Shown here one piece after another: positions 9,805 through 19,028 of a DNA stretch of 64,000 nucleotides. How positions within the stretch are numbered: the first letter of the stretch is position 1; every line of letters starts with the position of its first letter. Location of the stretch: positions 77,659 through 141,658 of the forward strand of contig JAVJRC010000004.1 in assembly GCA_040218615.1 (NCBI GenBank), read 5' to 3'. The notes under the pieces are model-generated. The model searched no databases, was not told the DNA's origin, and saw only the letters and a program-made list of their open reading frames with translations. The stretch is from Gammaproteobacteria bacterium. Its GTDB lineage: Bacteria; Pseudomonadota; Gammaproteobacteria; Pseudomonadales; Pseudohongiellaceae. The translations under genes and the position numbers were made by a program.

Positions 9805-10848
9805 ATGACTGAACAACCAATACATAGCGCTGCCATTGGGCTGGCTGGCAAGAACTCACAAGGTGAAATCATTGAGGTGTTTTACCCGCACCCGGAATTG
9901 GAGCCTGATCCCGCCATTGTGGAGTTAGCCTGCCAGGCAGCAGGTCTCTCCCCTGCCGAGAATGGCTATGGAGAATTGCCAGCGGACAAGCTCGACGGCC
10001 TGGCTGCTGAACTGGATCAGGCAGGGGCTGAGACATGGTCTCGCTGCCTGCGCGATTTGACTGACTGCAAGCAGACTGTGCTGTTTTGTTTACTCAGAAC
10101 TGACCAGGCACCAGGCAGCATTCCCGAGGCCTATCTGAAATTGCAGCTCCTATCCCACAGATTATGCAAACCTCATGAAATCAATCTGGATGGCCTGTTT
10201 GGCGTGCTCAAAAACCTGGCCTGGACCAATGAAGGCGCCATCGATCTGCAGGACCTGCCAGCCAGGCAACTGCAGGCCAGAAAGCAGGGCCAGGTACTGG
10301 ATGTGATGTCCGTGGACAAGTTTCCCAAGATGACCAGCTATGTGGTGCCAACTGGCGTTCGTATTGCCGACACGGCCCGGGTGCGACTGGGCGCCTATAT
10401 TGGCGAAGGCACCACGGTGATGCATGAGGGGTTCGTGAATTTCAATGCGGGAACCCTGGGAACCGCCATGATCGAGGGCAGAATCAGCGCCGGTGTCGTG
10501 GTCGGTGACAACAGCGATCTCGGTGGCGGTTGCAGCACCATGGGGACTTTATCGGGCGGCGGTACGACCATCATCTCGGTGGGCAGAAACTGCCTGATCG
10601 GCGCCAATGCAGGTATTGGCTTCCCCTTACCCGACGGCTGCATTGTCGAAGCCGGTCTGTATGTGACCGGCGGTACCAAGGTGAATGTCCTGGACGAGAG
10701 TGGTAACAAGACTGGAACCAGCAAGGCCAATGAACTTGCCAATACGCCTAACCTGCTTTACCGCCGTAATTCATTGAGCGGCGCTGTGGAAGCCGTGCCA
10801 ATCAAGAACAGCATCAGCCTCAACGAAGAATTACACAGCCACAACTAG
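9805..10848 (+). CDS. dapD: Tetrahydrodipicolinate N-succinyltransferase (long, Pseudomonas-type form)
   Basis: 347 aa with hexapeptide-repeat C-terminal half (IEGRISAGVVVGDNSDLGGGCSTMGTLSGGG). Adjacent to dapE. Confidence 0.88.
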   Translation: MTEQPIHSAAIGLAGKNSQGEIIEVFYPHPELEPDPAIVELACQAAGLSPAENGYGELPADKLDGLAAELDQAGAETWSRCLRDLTDCKQTVLFCLLRTDQAPGSIPEAYLKLQLLSHRLCKPHEINLDGLFGVLKNLAWTNEGAIDLQDLPARQLQARKQGQVLDVMSVDKFPKMTSYVVPTGVRIADTARVRLGAYIGEGTTVMHEGFVNFNAGTLGTAMIEGRISAGVVVGDNSDLGGGCSTMGTLSGGGTTIISVGRNCLIGANAGIGFPLPDGCIVEAGLYVTGGTKVNVLDESGNKTGTSKANELANTPNLLYRRNSLSGAVEAVPIKNSISLNEELHSHN

Positions 10849-10868
10849 GAAGCCTATCCAGGATTAGC

Positions 10869-12002
10869 ATGTCAGAAACACTCGACCTGGCCACCCGGCT
10901 GATTGCCCTCCCGTCGGTTACACCCGACGACAATGGTTGCCAACAACTCATTGCCGAGCGTTTGAGCAAGCTCGGATTTAGCATCGAACACCTGCCCTTC
11001 GGGGAAGTCCACAACCTTTGGGCAACCCTGGGAGATTCTGGTCCGCTGCTGCTGTTTGCCGGCCACACCGACGTGGTGCCTCCCGGCCCACTGGATGCCT
11101 GGAGTTACGATCCTTTTACCCCGACACAGGTCGACGGACTGCTCTACGGGCGCGGCAGTGCCGACATGAAAGGCAGCCTGGCGGCAATGATCACAGCCGC
11201 TGAGCGATTACTTGCGGCTGGTCCCGCATTGAGTGGCAGACTGGGGTTTCTGATTACCAGTGATGAAGAAGGTGCCGCCATTGACGGCACCCGGGCCGTG
11301 GTTAATTTATTGCTTGAGCGCGGTGAACGCGTCGACTTTTGCGTCGTTGGCGAACCGAGCTGCAGCCAGGCGCTGGGCGATACCATTCGTATCGGTCGCA
11401 GAGGATCACTGAGTTGCAAACTTGTTGTGAAAGGAATCGAAGGCCACGTGGCCTATGCACAATTAGCCCGCAATCCCATCCACCAGTCACTGGCGGCGCT
11501 GGAGGAACTCAGCAGCAAGTCCTGGGATGAAGGCAACGAAGCCTTTCCTCCAACCAGCTTTCAAATTTCCAACATCCACGCGGGTGTCGGTGCCAATAAT
11601 GTGATACCTGGAACTATGGAAGTCGACTTCAATATCAGGTACTGCACCGAGCAGACTGCCGAAGGGTTAGAACAAGCTGTAAATACCATACTCGAATCAC
11701 ACAATCTTGATTTCGAATGCCATTGGCATCTTTCCGGCGAACCCTTTGTTACCACAGAAAAAGGCTTTGTCGATCTGGTAGCGGCTGCGGTCAAGAACAA
11801 CACCGGCGTGGATCCAGAGCGATCAACCGGCGGCGGCACATCCGATGGCAGGTTCATCACCTGGCTTGGTCCTGATATCGTCGAGTTCGGGCCCTGCAAC
11901 GGGTCTATTCACAAGGTCGATGAACACGTGCGCATGGACGATCTGGACCGGATTTCCAGTATTTATCAGGACATCATGGAGCAGGTGCTGCGCTCAGCCT
12001 GA
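10869..12002 (+). CDS. dapE: Succinyl-diaminopimelate desuccinylase
   Basis: 377 aa M20 peptidase (LLFAGHTDVVPPG, GRGSADMKG, ITSDEEG). Confidence 0.93.
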   Translation: MSETLDLATRLIALPSVTPDDNGCQQLIAERLSKLGFSIEHLPFGEVHNLWATLGDSGPLLLFAGHTDVVPPGPLDAWSYDPFTPTQVDGLLYGRGSADMKGSLAAMITAAERLLAAGPALSGRLGFLITSDEEGAAIDGTRAVVNLLLERGERVDFCVVGEPSCSQALGDTIRIGRRGSLSCKLVVKGIEGHVAYAQLARNPIHQSLAALEELSSKSWDEGNEAFPPTSFQISNIHAGVGANNVIPGTMEVDFNIRYCTEQTAEGLEQAVNTILESHNLDFECHWHLSGEPFVTTEKGFVDLVAAAVKNNTGVDPERSTGGGTSDGRFITWLGPDIVEFGPCNGSIHKVDEHVRMDDLDRISSIYQDIMEQVLRSA

Positions 12003-12800
12003 GCCTGTCAGATACACATCAAACCGGCTGCTGCTGCCTTTAAACTGGATATCCGGTTCTGGTCCGGGGACCAGTGGGGACAGCCTGGCTCTTTTCACGA
12101 CCACGCGCCGCACAGCGATCTTCCGCGCCTTCTCGAGTAAACCTGCTTCCTCCTGCGCATCCTGATCTGAGACCAGCAATTGTTGCAGTACATACATAGG
12201 CTTTTTCGAACGAGCACTACGGGCGTCTGTGGGAAACATGGGGTCGAGATAGACCACATCATAATCTCCTGAAGGGGCGGGGAATTCCATAAAGTCAGTT
12301 TGTAACAGCTGCATCCGGCGCAACCCGTTCGTCAAGGCCGTTGCACTTGCTTCAGATTCTCTCTGTGCTGCCCTGTTCAATCCCCTGCTCAGTCCCCTGT
12401 CCAATCCATCTTGCAGCAGTGCTGCAACAATGGGTGAGCGCTCAAGCAGAGTAACCGAGCAACCTGCCATGGCCATCAAATAGGCATCGGCACCCAGGCC
12501 GGCGGTGGCATCCAGCACCCGGGGCGAAGGCAAGGTTTTTAAACCGATGGCTTTGCCCAGATTTTGTTTTTTCAGAGACTCGTCAGCTCGGCGGGCGAAT
12601 TTGGGGTCACTGAAATCCACTCGCAGTGGCCCGGGAGAATCCTTTCCAGTAGCTCGAAGTTCCAGGGCATGATCATTGATCTGCAAGATGAAGTCAGCTT
12701 CAGGCCTGTCTGTCAGGGGCAAACCAAGCGATTTGGCCAAAGCAAGTTCAGAGTCTGTTGCGGCGGGTCCAGCCTGAAGCACTTCGATGGTGGGAGCCAT
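11994..12800 (-). CDS. rsmJ: 16S rRNA (guanine1516-N2)-methyltransferase RsmJ
   Basis: VLDATAGLGADAYLMAMAGCSVTLLERSP SAM-methyltransferase motif of the RsmJ/YhiQ family. I chose the ATG at 12800, which avoids overlap with uppP, over 12887. Confidence 0.8.
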   Translation of the reverse strand: MAPTIEVLQAGPAATDSELALAKSLGLPLTDRPEADFILQINDHALELRATGKDSPGPLRVDFSDPKFARRADESLKKQNLGKAIGLKTLPSPRVLDATAGLGADAYLMAMAGCSVTLLERSPIVAALLQDGLDRGLSRGLNRAAQRESEASATALTNGLRRMQLLQTDFMEFPAPSGDYDVVYLDPMFPTDARSARSKKPMYVLQQLLVSDQDAQEEAGLLEKARKIAVRRVVVKRARLSPLVPGPEPDIQFKGSSSRFDVYLTGSG

Positions 12801-12807
12801 AGCTGCC

Positions 12808-13674
12808 TCAGGCGAAACTGAGCCCAAACAGGGTGATGCCAAGGCAAACCCGGTAAACGACAAAGGGCAGAAATCCGATGCGCTCAATCAGGCGAAGAAA
12901 ATAGTGAATACAGGCATAGGCCACTGCGGCAGCAACCAGGGCCCCATAGCCAATTGTAAACCATTGCGAAGATGCCACGCCCTCGTTAACGAGCTGGGTA
13001 CCCTGGAGCAATCCACTGCCTGCGATGATCGGAATCGCCAGTAAAAATGAAAACCGCGCAGCAGACTCACGGGAAAAACCCAGGAACAAGGCAGCCATCA
13101 TGGTGACGCCGGAACGAGAAGTGCCCGGTATCAATGCCAGCGCCTGAGCCAGACCAACGATTAATGCCTGTTGCCAGGACAGCCTTTGCAGTGAAACCGA
13201 GTTGCGACTGATCCTGTCTGCCCACCACAGCAGCAAGCCAAAGACAATTGAAGTTAAGGCAATAAGCTGCGCATTACGTGCGTAAGTGGCAATCATATCC
13301 CGACCCAGGTAGCCGGCCACTGCTGCCGGGATCGTGGCCAGAAGCAGCAGCCAGGCCAGCCGGGCATACTGTGCTGTCGAATACCTTTCACCAGCCGGGC
13401 TGGGGTCGCCGTTCGTTTCACTTTCGACTGGTTGATGGGAACCGGACAGGCTGCCAAACCAGGCGGTCAGCAACAGCCACAGCTCCTTGCGAAAATAGGT
13501 AATGACCGCCAGAAGACTACCCAGGTGTACCGCCACGTCAAAAGACAATCCCTGATCGGGCCAGGAAAGAATCTGTGACGGCAGGATGAGATGCGCGGAA
13601 GAAGATACAGGCAGGAATTCTGTCAGCCCCTGAATAATTGCCAGCACCGTGGACTGAAAGATCGAAGGCTCCAT
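12808..13674 (-). CDS. uppP: Undecaprenyl-diphosphate phosphatase (BacA/UppP)
   Basis: 288 aa polytopic membrane protein with EFLPVSSSAHL and PGTSRSG motifs. Confidence 0.93.
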   Translation of the reverse strand: MEPSIFQSTVLAIIQGLTEFLPVSSSAHLILPSQILSWPDQGLSFDVAVHLGSLLAVITYFRKELWLLLTAWFGSLSGSHQPVESETNGDPSPAGERYSTAQYARLAWLLLLATIPAAVAGYLGRDMIATYARNAQLIALTSIVFGLLLWWADRISRNSVSLQRLSWQQALIVGLAQALALIPGTSRSGVTMMAALFLGFSRESAARFSFLLAIPIIAGSGLLQGTQLVNEGVASSQWFTIGYGALVAAAVAYACIHYFLRLIERIGFLPFVVYRVCLGITLFGLSFA

Positions 13675-13687
13675 GGGATTTAGCCGC

Positions 13688-14377
13688 TCAGGAGTAGTCC
13701 ATTTGTTCTTTTACATAATTGGGTAACACGAGTGTGTCCGTTAGTGCATGTGAATCGAATTCAATGGCCGCGAGTGAACAGGCGTCTTCGATACACCATT
13801 GGACAGTAGAAGTCAGTGCTGGTTCAAATTGTGCTCGCAGCAACGCGCCCTGCGGTTCAATTTCCCAGGCAGCACCTACCGCACCCCACTCCGTATGGCC
13901 TGCATTTCCGGCGGATTCCGGCAAGTGCAGGGACTCAACTTCGCCTACCTGCTCTCGACCGAGCAATTCGCATCCCCTTTCCGGGTAGGTGCGATAAGCT
14001 GCGAAGTAGACTTCCGGATCTCTCGCCTGAATCGCAACCAGCCATTCCCCGTGTTTCTCTGCATTACCCGCAGCCCAGGCATTAAGGGCCAGTGCTGATA
14101 AAGGCAGCAGGGGCTTGTCCAGCGCGGCACCGAGACCTTGGGCAGCACCGATACCGATGCGCAGCCCCGTGAAAGAGCCGGGGCCCGTCACCACTGAGAT
14201 ACCGTCAAGATCATTCAAATTGCACCCTGATTCCAGGAGCAGCTTGTCTATCAGAGGCAAGACTTCCTGCGCGGCCTGTCGCGATTTTTCGCCGCTTGCT
14301 GTGGTGATGTTGTTTCCCGCAACGATTCCAACAGAGGTATGGCTCTGCGAGGTATCAATACACAATAAGGTTTTCAT
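13688..14377 (-). CDS. tsaB: tRNA t6A biosynthesis protein TsaB
   Basis: MKTLLCIDTSQ...GPGSFTGLRIG is the YeaZ/TsaB signature. ATG at 14377. Confidence 0.88.
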   Translation of the reverse strand: MKTLLCIDTSQSHTSVGIVAGNNITTASGEKSRQAAQEVLPLIDKLLLESGCNLNDLDGISVVTGPGSFTGLRIGIGAAQGLGAALDKPLLPLSALALNAWAAGNAEKHGEWLVAIQARDPEVYFAAYRTYPERGCELLGREQVGEVESLHLPESAGNAGHTEWGAVGAAWEIEPQGALLRAQFEPALTSTVQWCIEDACSLAAIEFDSHALTDTLVLPNYVKEQMDYS

Positions 14378-14460
14378 CAGGTGTTTGCCGGGTCTGGGTG
14401 GCAGCAAAAAAGAATGTTGAAGTTTAACTCGATATGACGGCAGATTTTCATGAAACCCAA

Positions 14461-14493
14461 TAAAAATCCCCCTTGATAGATATCAAGGGGGAT
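14461..14493 (-). terminator. Intrinsic terminator downstream of the polycationic protein gene
   Basis: On the minus strand, a 13 bp perfect stem (AUCCCCCUUGAUA / UAUCAAGGGGGAU) is followed by UUUUUAUU. A second 14 bp hairpin lies at 14518-14548. Confidence 0.7.
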
Positions 14494-14607
14494 TACTTGG
14501 GTGCGAGGGGTAGACCTCCACCTTCCGCAGCTTTGCTGCGGAAGGTGGATAAATGGCTTGGTCTGTTTCGCTTGCTAGTTTTCCTGGCCAATCAAGACCA
14601 GTTCTAG

Positions 14608-15948
14608 CTAGCGCTTCTTGCGACGTGCCGTTTTGCGTTTGGCCGTTTTGCGCTTGGCGGTTTTCCTTTTCGCCTTCTTGCGCGCTGGCTTACGCTTGGC
14701 TGTCTTCTTCTTGGCCTTCTTTTTAGCCTTCTTCTTCGCAGCTTTCTTTTTGCGAGCCGGCTTACGCTTGACTACTTTTTTCTTCGCCTTCTTTTTGCGT
14801 GCTGGCTTGCGCTTGGCGGTTTTCTTCTTCGCCTTGCGCTTCGCTGCTTTCTTCTTGCGAGCTGGCTTACGCTTGGCTGCCTTGCGCTTGGCTACTTTCT
14901 TCTTAGCCTTCTTCTTGGCTGCCTTCTTCTTGCGTGCCGGCTTGCGCTTGGCGGTTTTCTTCTTCGCCTTACGCTTGGCTACTTTCTTCTTGGCCTTCTT
15001 CTTGGTTGCTTTGCGCTTGGCTGTCTTCTTCTTAGCCTTCTTTTTAGTTGGCTTGCGCTTGGCAACTTTACGCTTCGCAGCTTTCTTGGCTGCTGCTCTG
15101 CGCTTCACAGACTTCCGCTTGGCAGTCTTCTTTTTGGCCTTCTTTTTGGCTTTTTTCTTGGCCTTCTTGCGACCAGGAGCCTTTTTCTTAGCCTTCTTGC
15201 GACCAGGCGCTTTCTTCTTCGCCTTACGCTTGGCTACTTTTTTCTTAGCCTTCTTTTTAGCCTTTTTCTTGGCCTTTTTCTTTCGGGCCGGCTTGCGCTT
15301 GGCGGTTTTTTTCTTCGCCTTACGCTTGGCTACTTTCTTTTTGGCTTTCTTCTTGGCCTTCTTCTTGGTGGCCTTACGCTTGGCAGTTTTCTTCTTCGCC
15401 TTACGCTTGGCTACCTTCTTTTTGGCCTTTTTCTTGGTTGCTTTGCGCTTGGCAGTCTTCTTCTTGGCCTTCTTCTTAGCCTTTTTCTTGACTGTCTTGC
15501 GCTTGGCAACTTTACGCTTCGCAGCTTTCTTCGCGGCCGCTCTGCGCTTCACTTTCTTCTTCGCTTTCTTTTTGGCTTTGCTGACCTTCTTCTTGGCTTT
15601 CTTTTTGGCCTTGCTAGCCTTCTTTTTCACTTTCTTTTTGGCCTTGCTGACCTTTTTCTTGGCCTTGCGAACCTTCTTCTTCACCTTTTTCTTGGCTTTG
15701 CCCGCTTTTTTCTTGGCCTTTTTCTTCGCCTTACTTACCTTCTTTTTGGCTTTTTTCTTGGCCTTACTGACCTTTTTCTTTGCGGCTTTCTTTTTGGCAG
15801 TGGCTTTACGCTTTACTGCCGCCTTTTTCTTGGCAACTTTCTTCTTCGCAGTCGTTGCTTTACGCTTCGCTGCTACCTTCTTCTTGGCAACCTTCTTCTT
15901 AGCTGCTGCCTTTTTCTTCGCAACTTTCTTTTTCGCTTTCTTAGCCAT
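14608..15948 (-). CDS. Extreme polycationic Lys/Ala/Arg repeat protein (histone-H1/AlgP-like composition)
   Basis: 446 aa ORF with ATG preceded by GAGG. The translation uses only M, A, K, R, V, T, S, G and P. A terminator lies downstream. The equal-length plus-strand ORF is a mirror artefact. Confidence 0.7.
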   Translation of the reverse strand: MAKKAKKKVAKKKAAAKKKVAKKKVAAKRKATTAKKKVAKKKAAVKRKATAKKKAAKKKVSKAKKKAKKKVSKAKKKAKKKAGKAKKKVKKKVRKAKKKVSKAKKKVKKKASKAKKKAKKKVSKAKKKAKKKVKRRAAAKKAAKRKVAKRKTVKKKAKKKAKKKTAKRKATKKKAKKKVAKRKAKKKTAKRKATKKKAKKKAKKKVAKRKAKKKTAKRKPARKKKAKKKAKKKAKKKVAKRKAKKKAPGRKKAKKKAPGRKKAKKKAKKKAKKKTAKRKSVKRRAAAKKAAKRKVAKRKPTKKKAKKKTAKRKATKKKAKKKVAKRKAKKKTAKRKPARKKKAAKKKAKKKVAKRKAAKRKPARKKKAAKRKAKKKTAKRKPARKKKAKKKVVKRKPARKKKAAKKKAKKKAKKKTAKRKPARKKAKRKTAKRKTAKRKTARRKKR

Positions 15949-16107
15949 TTTTGACCTCGCTACCTAATGTCAAGTTACATTACAGAGTACTGCTAAATTT
16001 GCTCCCAACGGCGTTTGTCAGTGCTGCCTGACTTCCCTTTCCCAGCTGACGCCCTCCGCTTGGAGACACCCTTCTTTACAATCGCCTGCTTCCTGGCAAA
16101 CGATTTC

Positions 16108-16845
16108 CTAACCGGTTTTCCTGCCCGCCCGCTTCTTACCCGCAGGGTTCTTACGCTTGGCTCGTTTTGTAGACGCCTTTTTGACTGGTTTCTTGCCACC
16201 CTTTTTGCCAGCAGCTTTCTTGCCAGCTTTCTTTGCAGCCTTTTTCGCAGCCTTTTCTACCTTGCGTTGCGCAGCTCTCCGAGCTGCCGCTTTCGCCTTT
16301 GTGGCTACTTTCCTGGCGTCTTCTTTCTCTTTCTTCTTTGCAGCGTTTTTTGCTGCAATTCTTGCCTTTAATGCGTCTTTTCGGGCTTGTCGGGCTGCTT
16401 TAGCTGCGTCTGCCTTGGCACGTTTCCGTTTCCACCTGGCAGTAAACGCGTCTATAGCACGCTGCAAGTCTTCTTCTGCTCTGGCTGCTTCAGCCTCTCT
16501 TCTTGCTTTTTCCTTTTCTGCGAGTTCTATTGCCCTCGCTTTAGCTTTGGCAGTTCGAATTCTTGCCTTTATCGCCGCCACCTTGGTGGCCGCTTTTAAT
16601 TTTGCGTTTTTAGCACTCTGCGCTGCTCTTTTACTGGCAGCTGTTTTCTTTTTCGACGCAGCCTTCTTCGCAGCTGTCGCCTTCTTCCCGGCTGCAGTGA
16701 GTAATTTCTCCGCAGCCTCGGCCTTGTCTTCCAAACTGGCAACAGCAGCCCTGGCTTTTAATAGCGCCTTGCTGCTCGTTTTGTTACCACTTCTACGGCC
16801 CTTCTTCTTTTTAGTAGCAGCAGGTTTCTTTTTAGCTTTAACCAT
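16108..16845 (-). CDS. Basic Ala/Lys-rich coiled-coil protein with polylysine termini
   Basis: 245 aa, MVKAKKKPAATKKKKG... Central charged A/K/E/R heptad-like region, then C-terminal KKAAKKAGKKAAGKKGGKK. No obvious RBS. Confidence 0.6.
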   Translation of the reverse strand: MVKAKKKPAATKKKKGRRSGNKTSSKALLKARAAVASLEDKAEAAEKLLTAAGKKATAAKKAASKKKTAASKRAAQSAKNAKLKAATKVAAIKARIRTAKAKARAIELAEKEKARREAEAARAEEDLQRAIDAFTARWKRKRAKADAAKAARQARKDALKARIAAKNAAKKKEKEDARKVATKAKAAARRAAQRKVEKAAKKAAKKAGKKAAGKKGGKKPVKKASTKRAKRKNPAGKKRAGRKTG

Positions 16846-17304
16846 AAAATTGTCTGGTTATTTCAAAGTCGATGTTGCATGACATGATTTTAACGCAACA
16901 TCAACCCACTGCTCGCGGGCAACATATCACAATTTTTATTTAGCAAACAACAAACTAACGCTTAAAACACACTAAATAAAAAAAACTTTTGTTTGGTTCA
17001 CGCATGATGCCCACAGAATCATGGTATCAATCACTTATTTCGCTAGCTGAAGAGAAAACTTTAAGAAAACTGTGCGGGTATTGTTGTAATTACAATAAAA
17101 CTGCACAAACTTTGTACAAAGTTGTGATGTTTCAGCACCTGAAAATGCTATTTAAAAGACTTAACAACCGTAGACAAAGAAAATGCACATGCGATTCGCG
17201 TAAATAAGTTAGCAATTTATCTGCCAACTTTACTGTTTTAATGTGTTGCAGCTAACAAATCGTTTAAAAAACTCACGCGCGACTAAAATTTGACGTCCAA
17301 AACG

Positions 17305-17338
17305 AAAAAGCCTGCTCCAATGTGAAGCAGGCTTTTTT
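17305..17338 (-). terminator. Intrinsic (bidirectional-looking) terminator downstream of adk
   Basis: AAGCCUGCU / AGCAGGCUU 9 bp stem flanked by an A-run and a T-run, 29 nt beyond the adk stop. Confidence 0.75.
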
Positions 17339-17366
17339 CGAAGTGCACTTTGTTATTGTGGATAAC

Positions 17367-18068
<702 letters not shown>

Positions 18069-18118
18069 TTATTCTCGTTCATAGTCTGGCTGCTAATTCA
18101 CAGCTGGTGTTTTTCGAA

Positions 18119-18958
18119 TTACAGTCCCGCTTCCTTGGCCTGATCCCACAATGCATCGAGTTCCTGCAGCGATGCATTTTGCAGGCTGCCACCCTTGTCC
18201 TGCAATGTGGATTCGATCCAGCGAAAACGGCTCTCGAAACGTTCGTTGGCAGAACGCAGTGCTGATTCGGGTTCCTGGTCCAGATGGCGGGCCAAATTGA
18301 CCACGCTGAATAACACATCTCCCAGCTCGTGTTTGATGCGATGGCTATCCGCAGCAGAAGCCTCATCAGCCAGAGCGTCTTCCAGTTCACGGATTTCTTC
18401 TTTCAGTTTCGCCAACACCGGCGCCGTATCGGTCCAGTCAAAACCATTGCTCGCCGCACGTTTCTGCAACTTCCTGGCGCGCTCAAGGGCTGGCAATGCT
18501 CGCGGCACATCATCGAGCACGCTGGCGAGTGATGGCTCATCCTGCTCACTGCCACGTTTGCTTCGTTTCTCAGCTCGTTCCTGTTCTTTTATGGCTTCCC
18601 AGTTAACCACGACCTGTTCCGGAGAGAGATCCTGCTCTTTGCCGAAATTTTCAACCTTACCGCCCGGAAAAACATGGGGATGACGTCGCAGCAGTTTGTT
18701 GCTGATGGCCCTGGCTACATCTGAGAAATCGAAAGCCTGCTGTTCATTTGCAAGCTGTGCGTAGAAAACAACCTGGAACAATAAATCCCCCAGTTCATCT
18801 TCCAGATCTACCAGGTCATCACGTTCGATGGCATCCACCACTTCATACACTTCTTCGATGGTGTAGGGAGCCAGCGACTGAATGGATTGCTCCAGATCCC
18901 AGGGGCAACCGTGTTCCGGGTTGCGCAATTTGGACATGATATCCAGCAAGTCTTCCAT
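18119..18958 (-). CDS. mazG: Nucleoside triphosphate pyrophosphohydrolase MazG
   Basis: MEDLLDIMSKLRNPEHGCPWDLEQ..., with tandem MazG domains (EEVYEV, ELGDLLF, ELGDVLF). The ATG at 18958 aligns with the E. coli MazG N-terminus. Confidence 0.9.
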   Translation of the reverse strand: MEDLLDIMSKLRNPEHGCPWDLEQSIQSLAPYTIEEVYEVVDAIERDDLVDLEDELGDLLFQVVFYAQLANEQQAFDFSDVARAISNKLLRRHPHVFPGGKVENFGKEQDLSPEQVVVNWEAIKEQERAEKRSKRGSEQDEPSLASVLDDVPRALPALERARKLQKRAASNGFDWTDTAPVLAKLKEEIRELEDALADEASAADSHRIKHELGDVLFSVVNLARHLDQEPESALRSANERFESRFRWIESTLQDKGGSLQNASLQELDALWDQAKEAGL

Positions 18959-19028
18959 TGCGGATTGATTGTTGCCTGTTTGTTGTCCGTCGGATACGGA
19001 AGTCACAACTTCTCCAAGAGCGTGCTGC

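Noticed and set aside
11994-12002. 9 bp convergent overlap of the dapE and rsmJ 3' ends.
   Set aside because: This is ordinary gene packing. Both products are full length relative to their families.
14608-15948. Periodic short repeats that could be mistaken for a CRISPR array or a non-coding tandem repeat.
   Set aside because: The repeats are degenerate with 3 nt phase and no unique spacers. They lie inside one uninterrupted ORF, so this is coding low complexity.
15993-16199. 68 aa basic ORF overlapping the 3' end of the 245 aa gene.
   Set aside because: It is an alternative frame of the same Lys/Arg-rich DNA and overlaps the better-supported gene. There is no independent evidence for it.
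14618-16882. Long plus-strand ORFs (449 aa at 14618-15967; 241 aa at 16157-16882) made of FFLA/LRLA repeats.
   Set aside because: They are mirror-frame artefacts of the minus-strand Lys/Ala (AAG/GCC-rich) genes. They have no RBS, and the minus-strand genes have the ATG, RBS and terminator.
16989-17207. 72 aa plus-strand ORF in the AT-rich spacer.
   Set aside because: It has a TTG-type start and no RBS. The composition looks like translated AT-rich non-coding DNA, and the region is better treated as regulatory.
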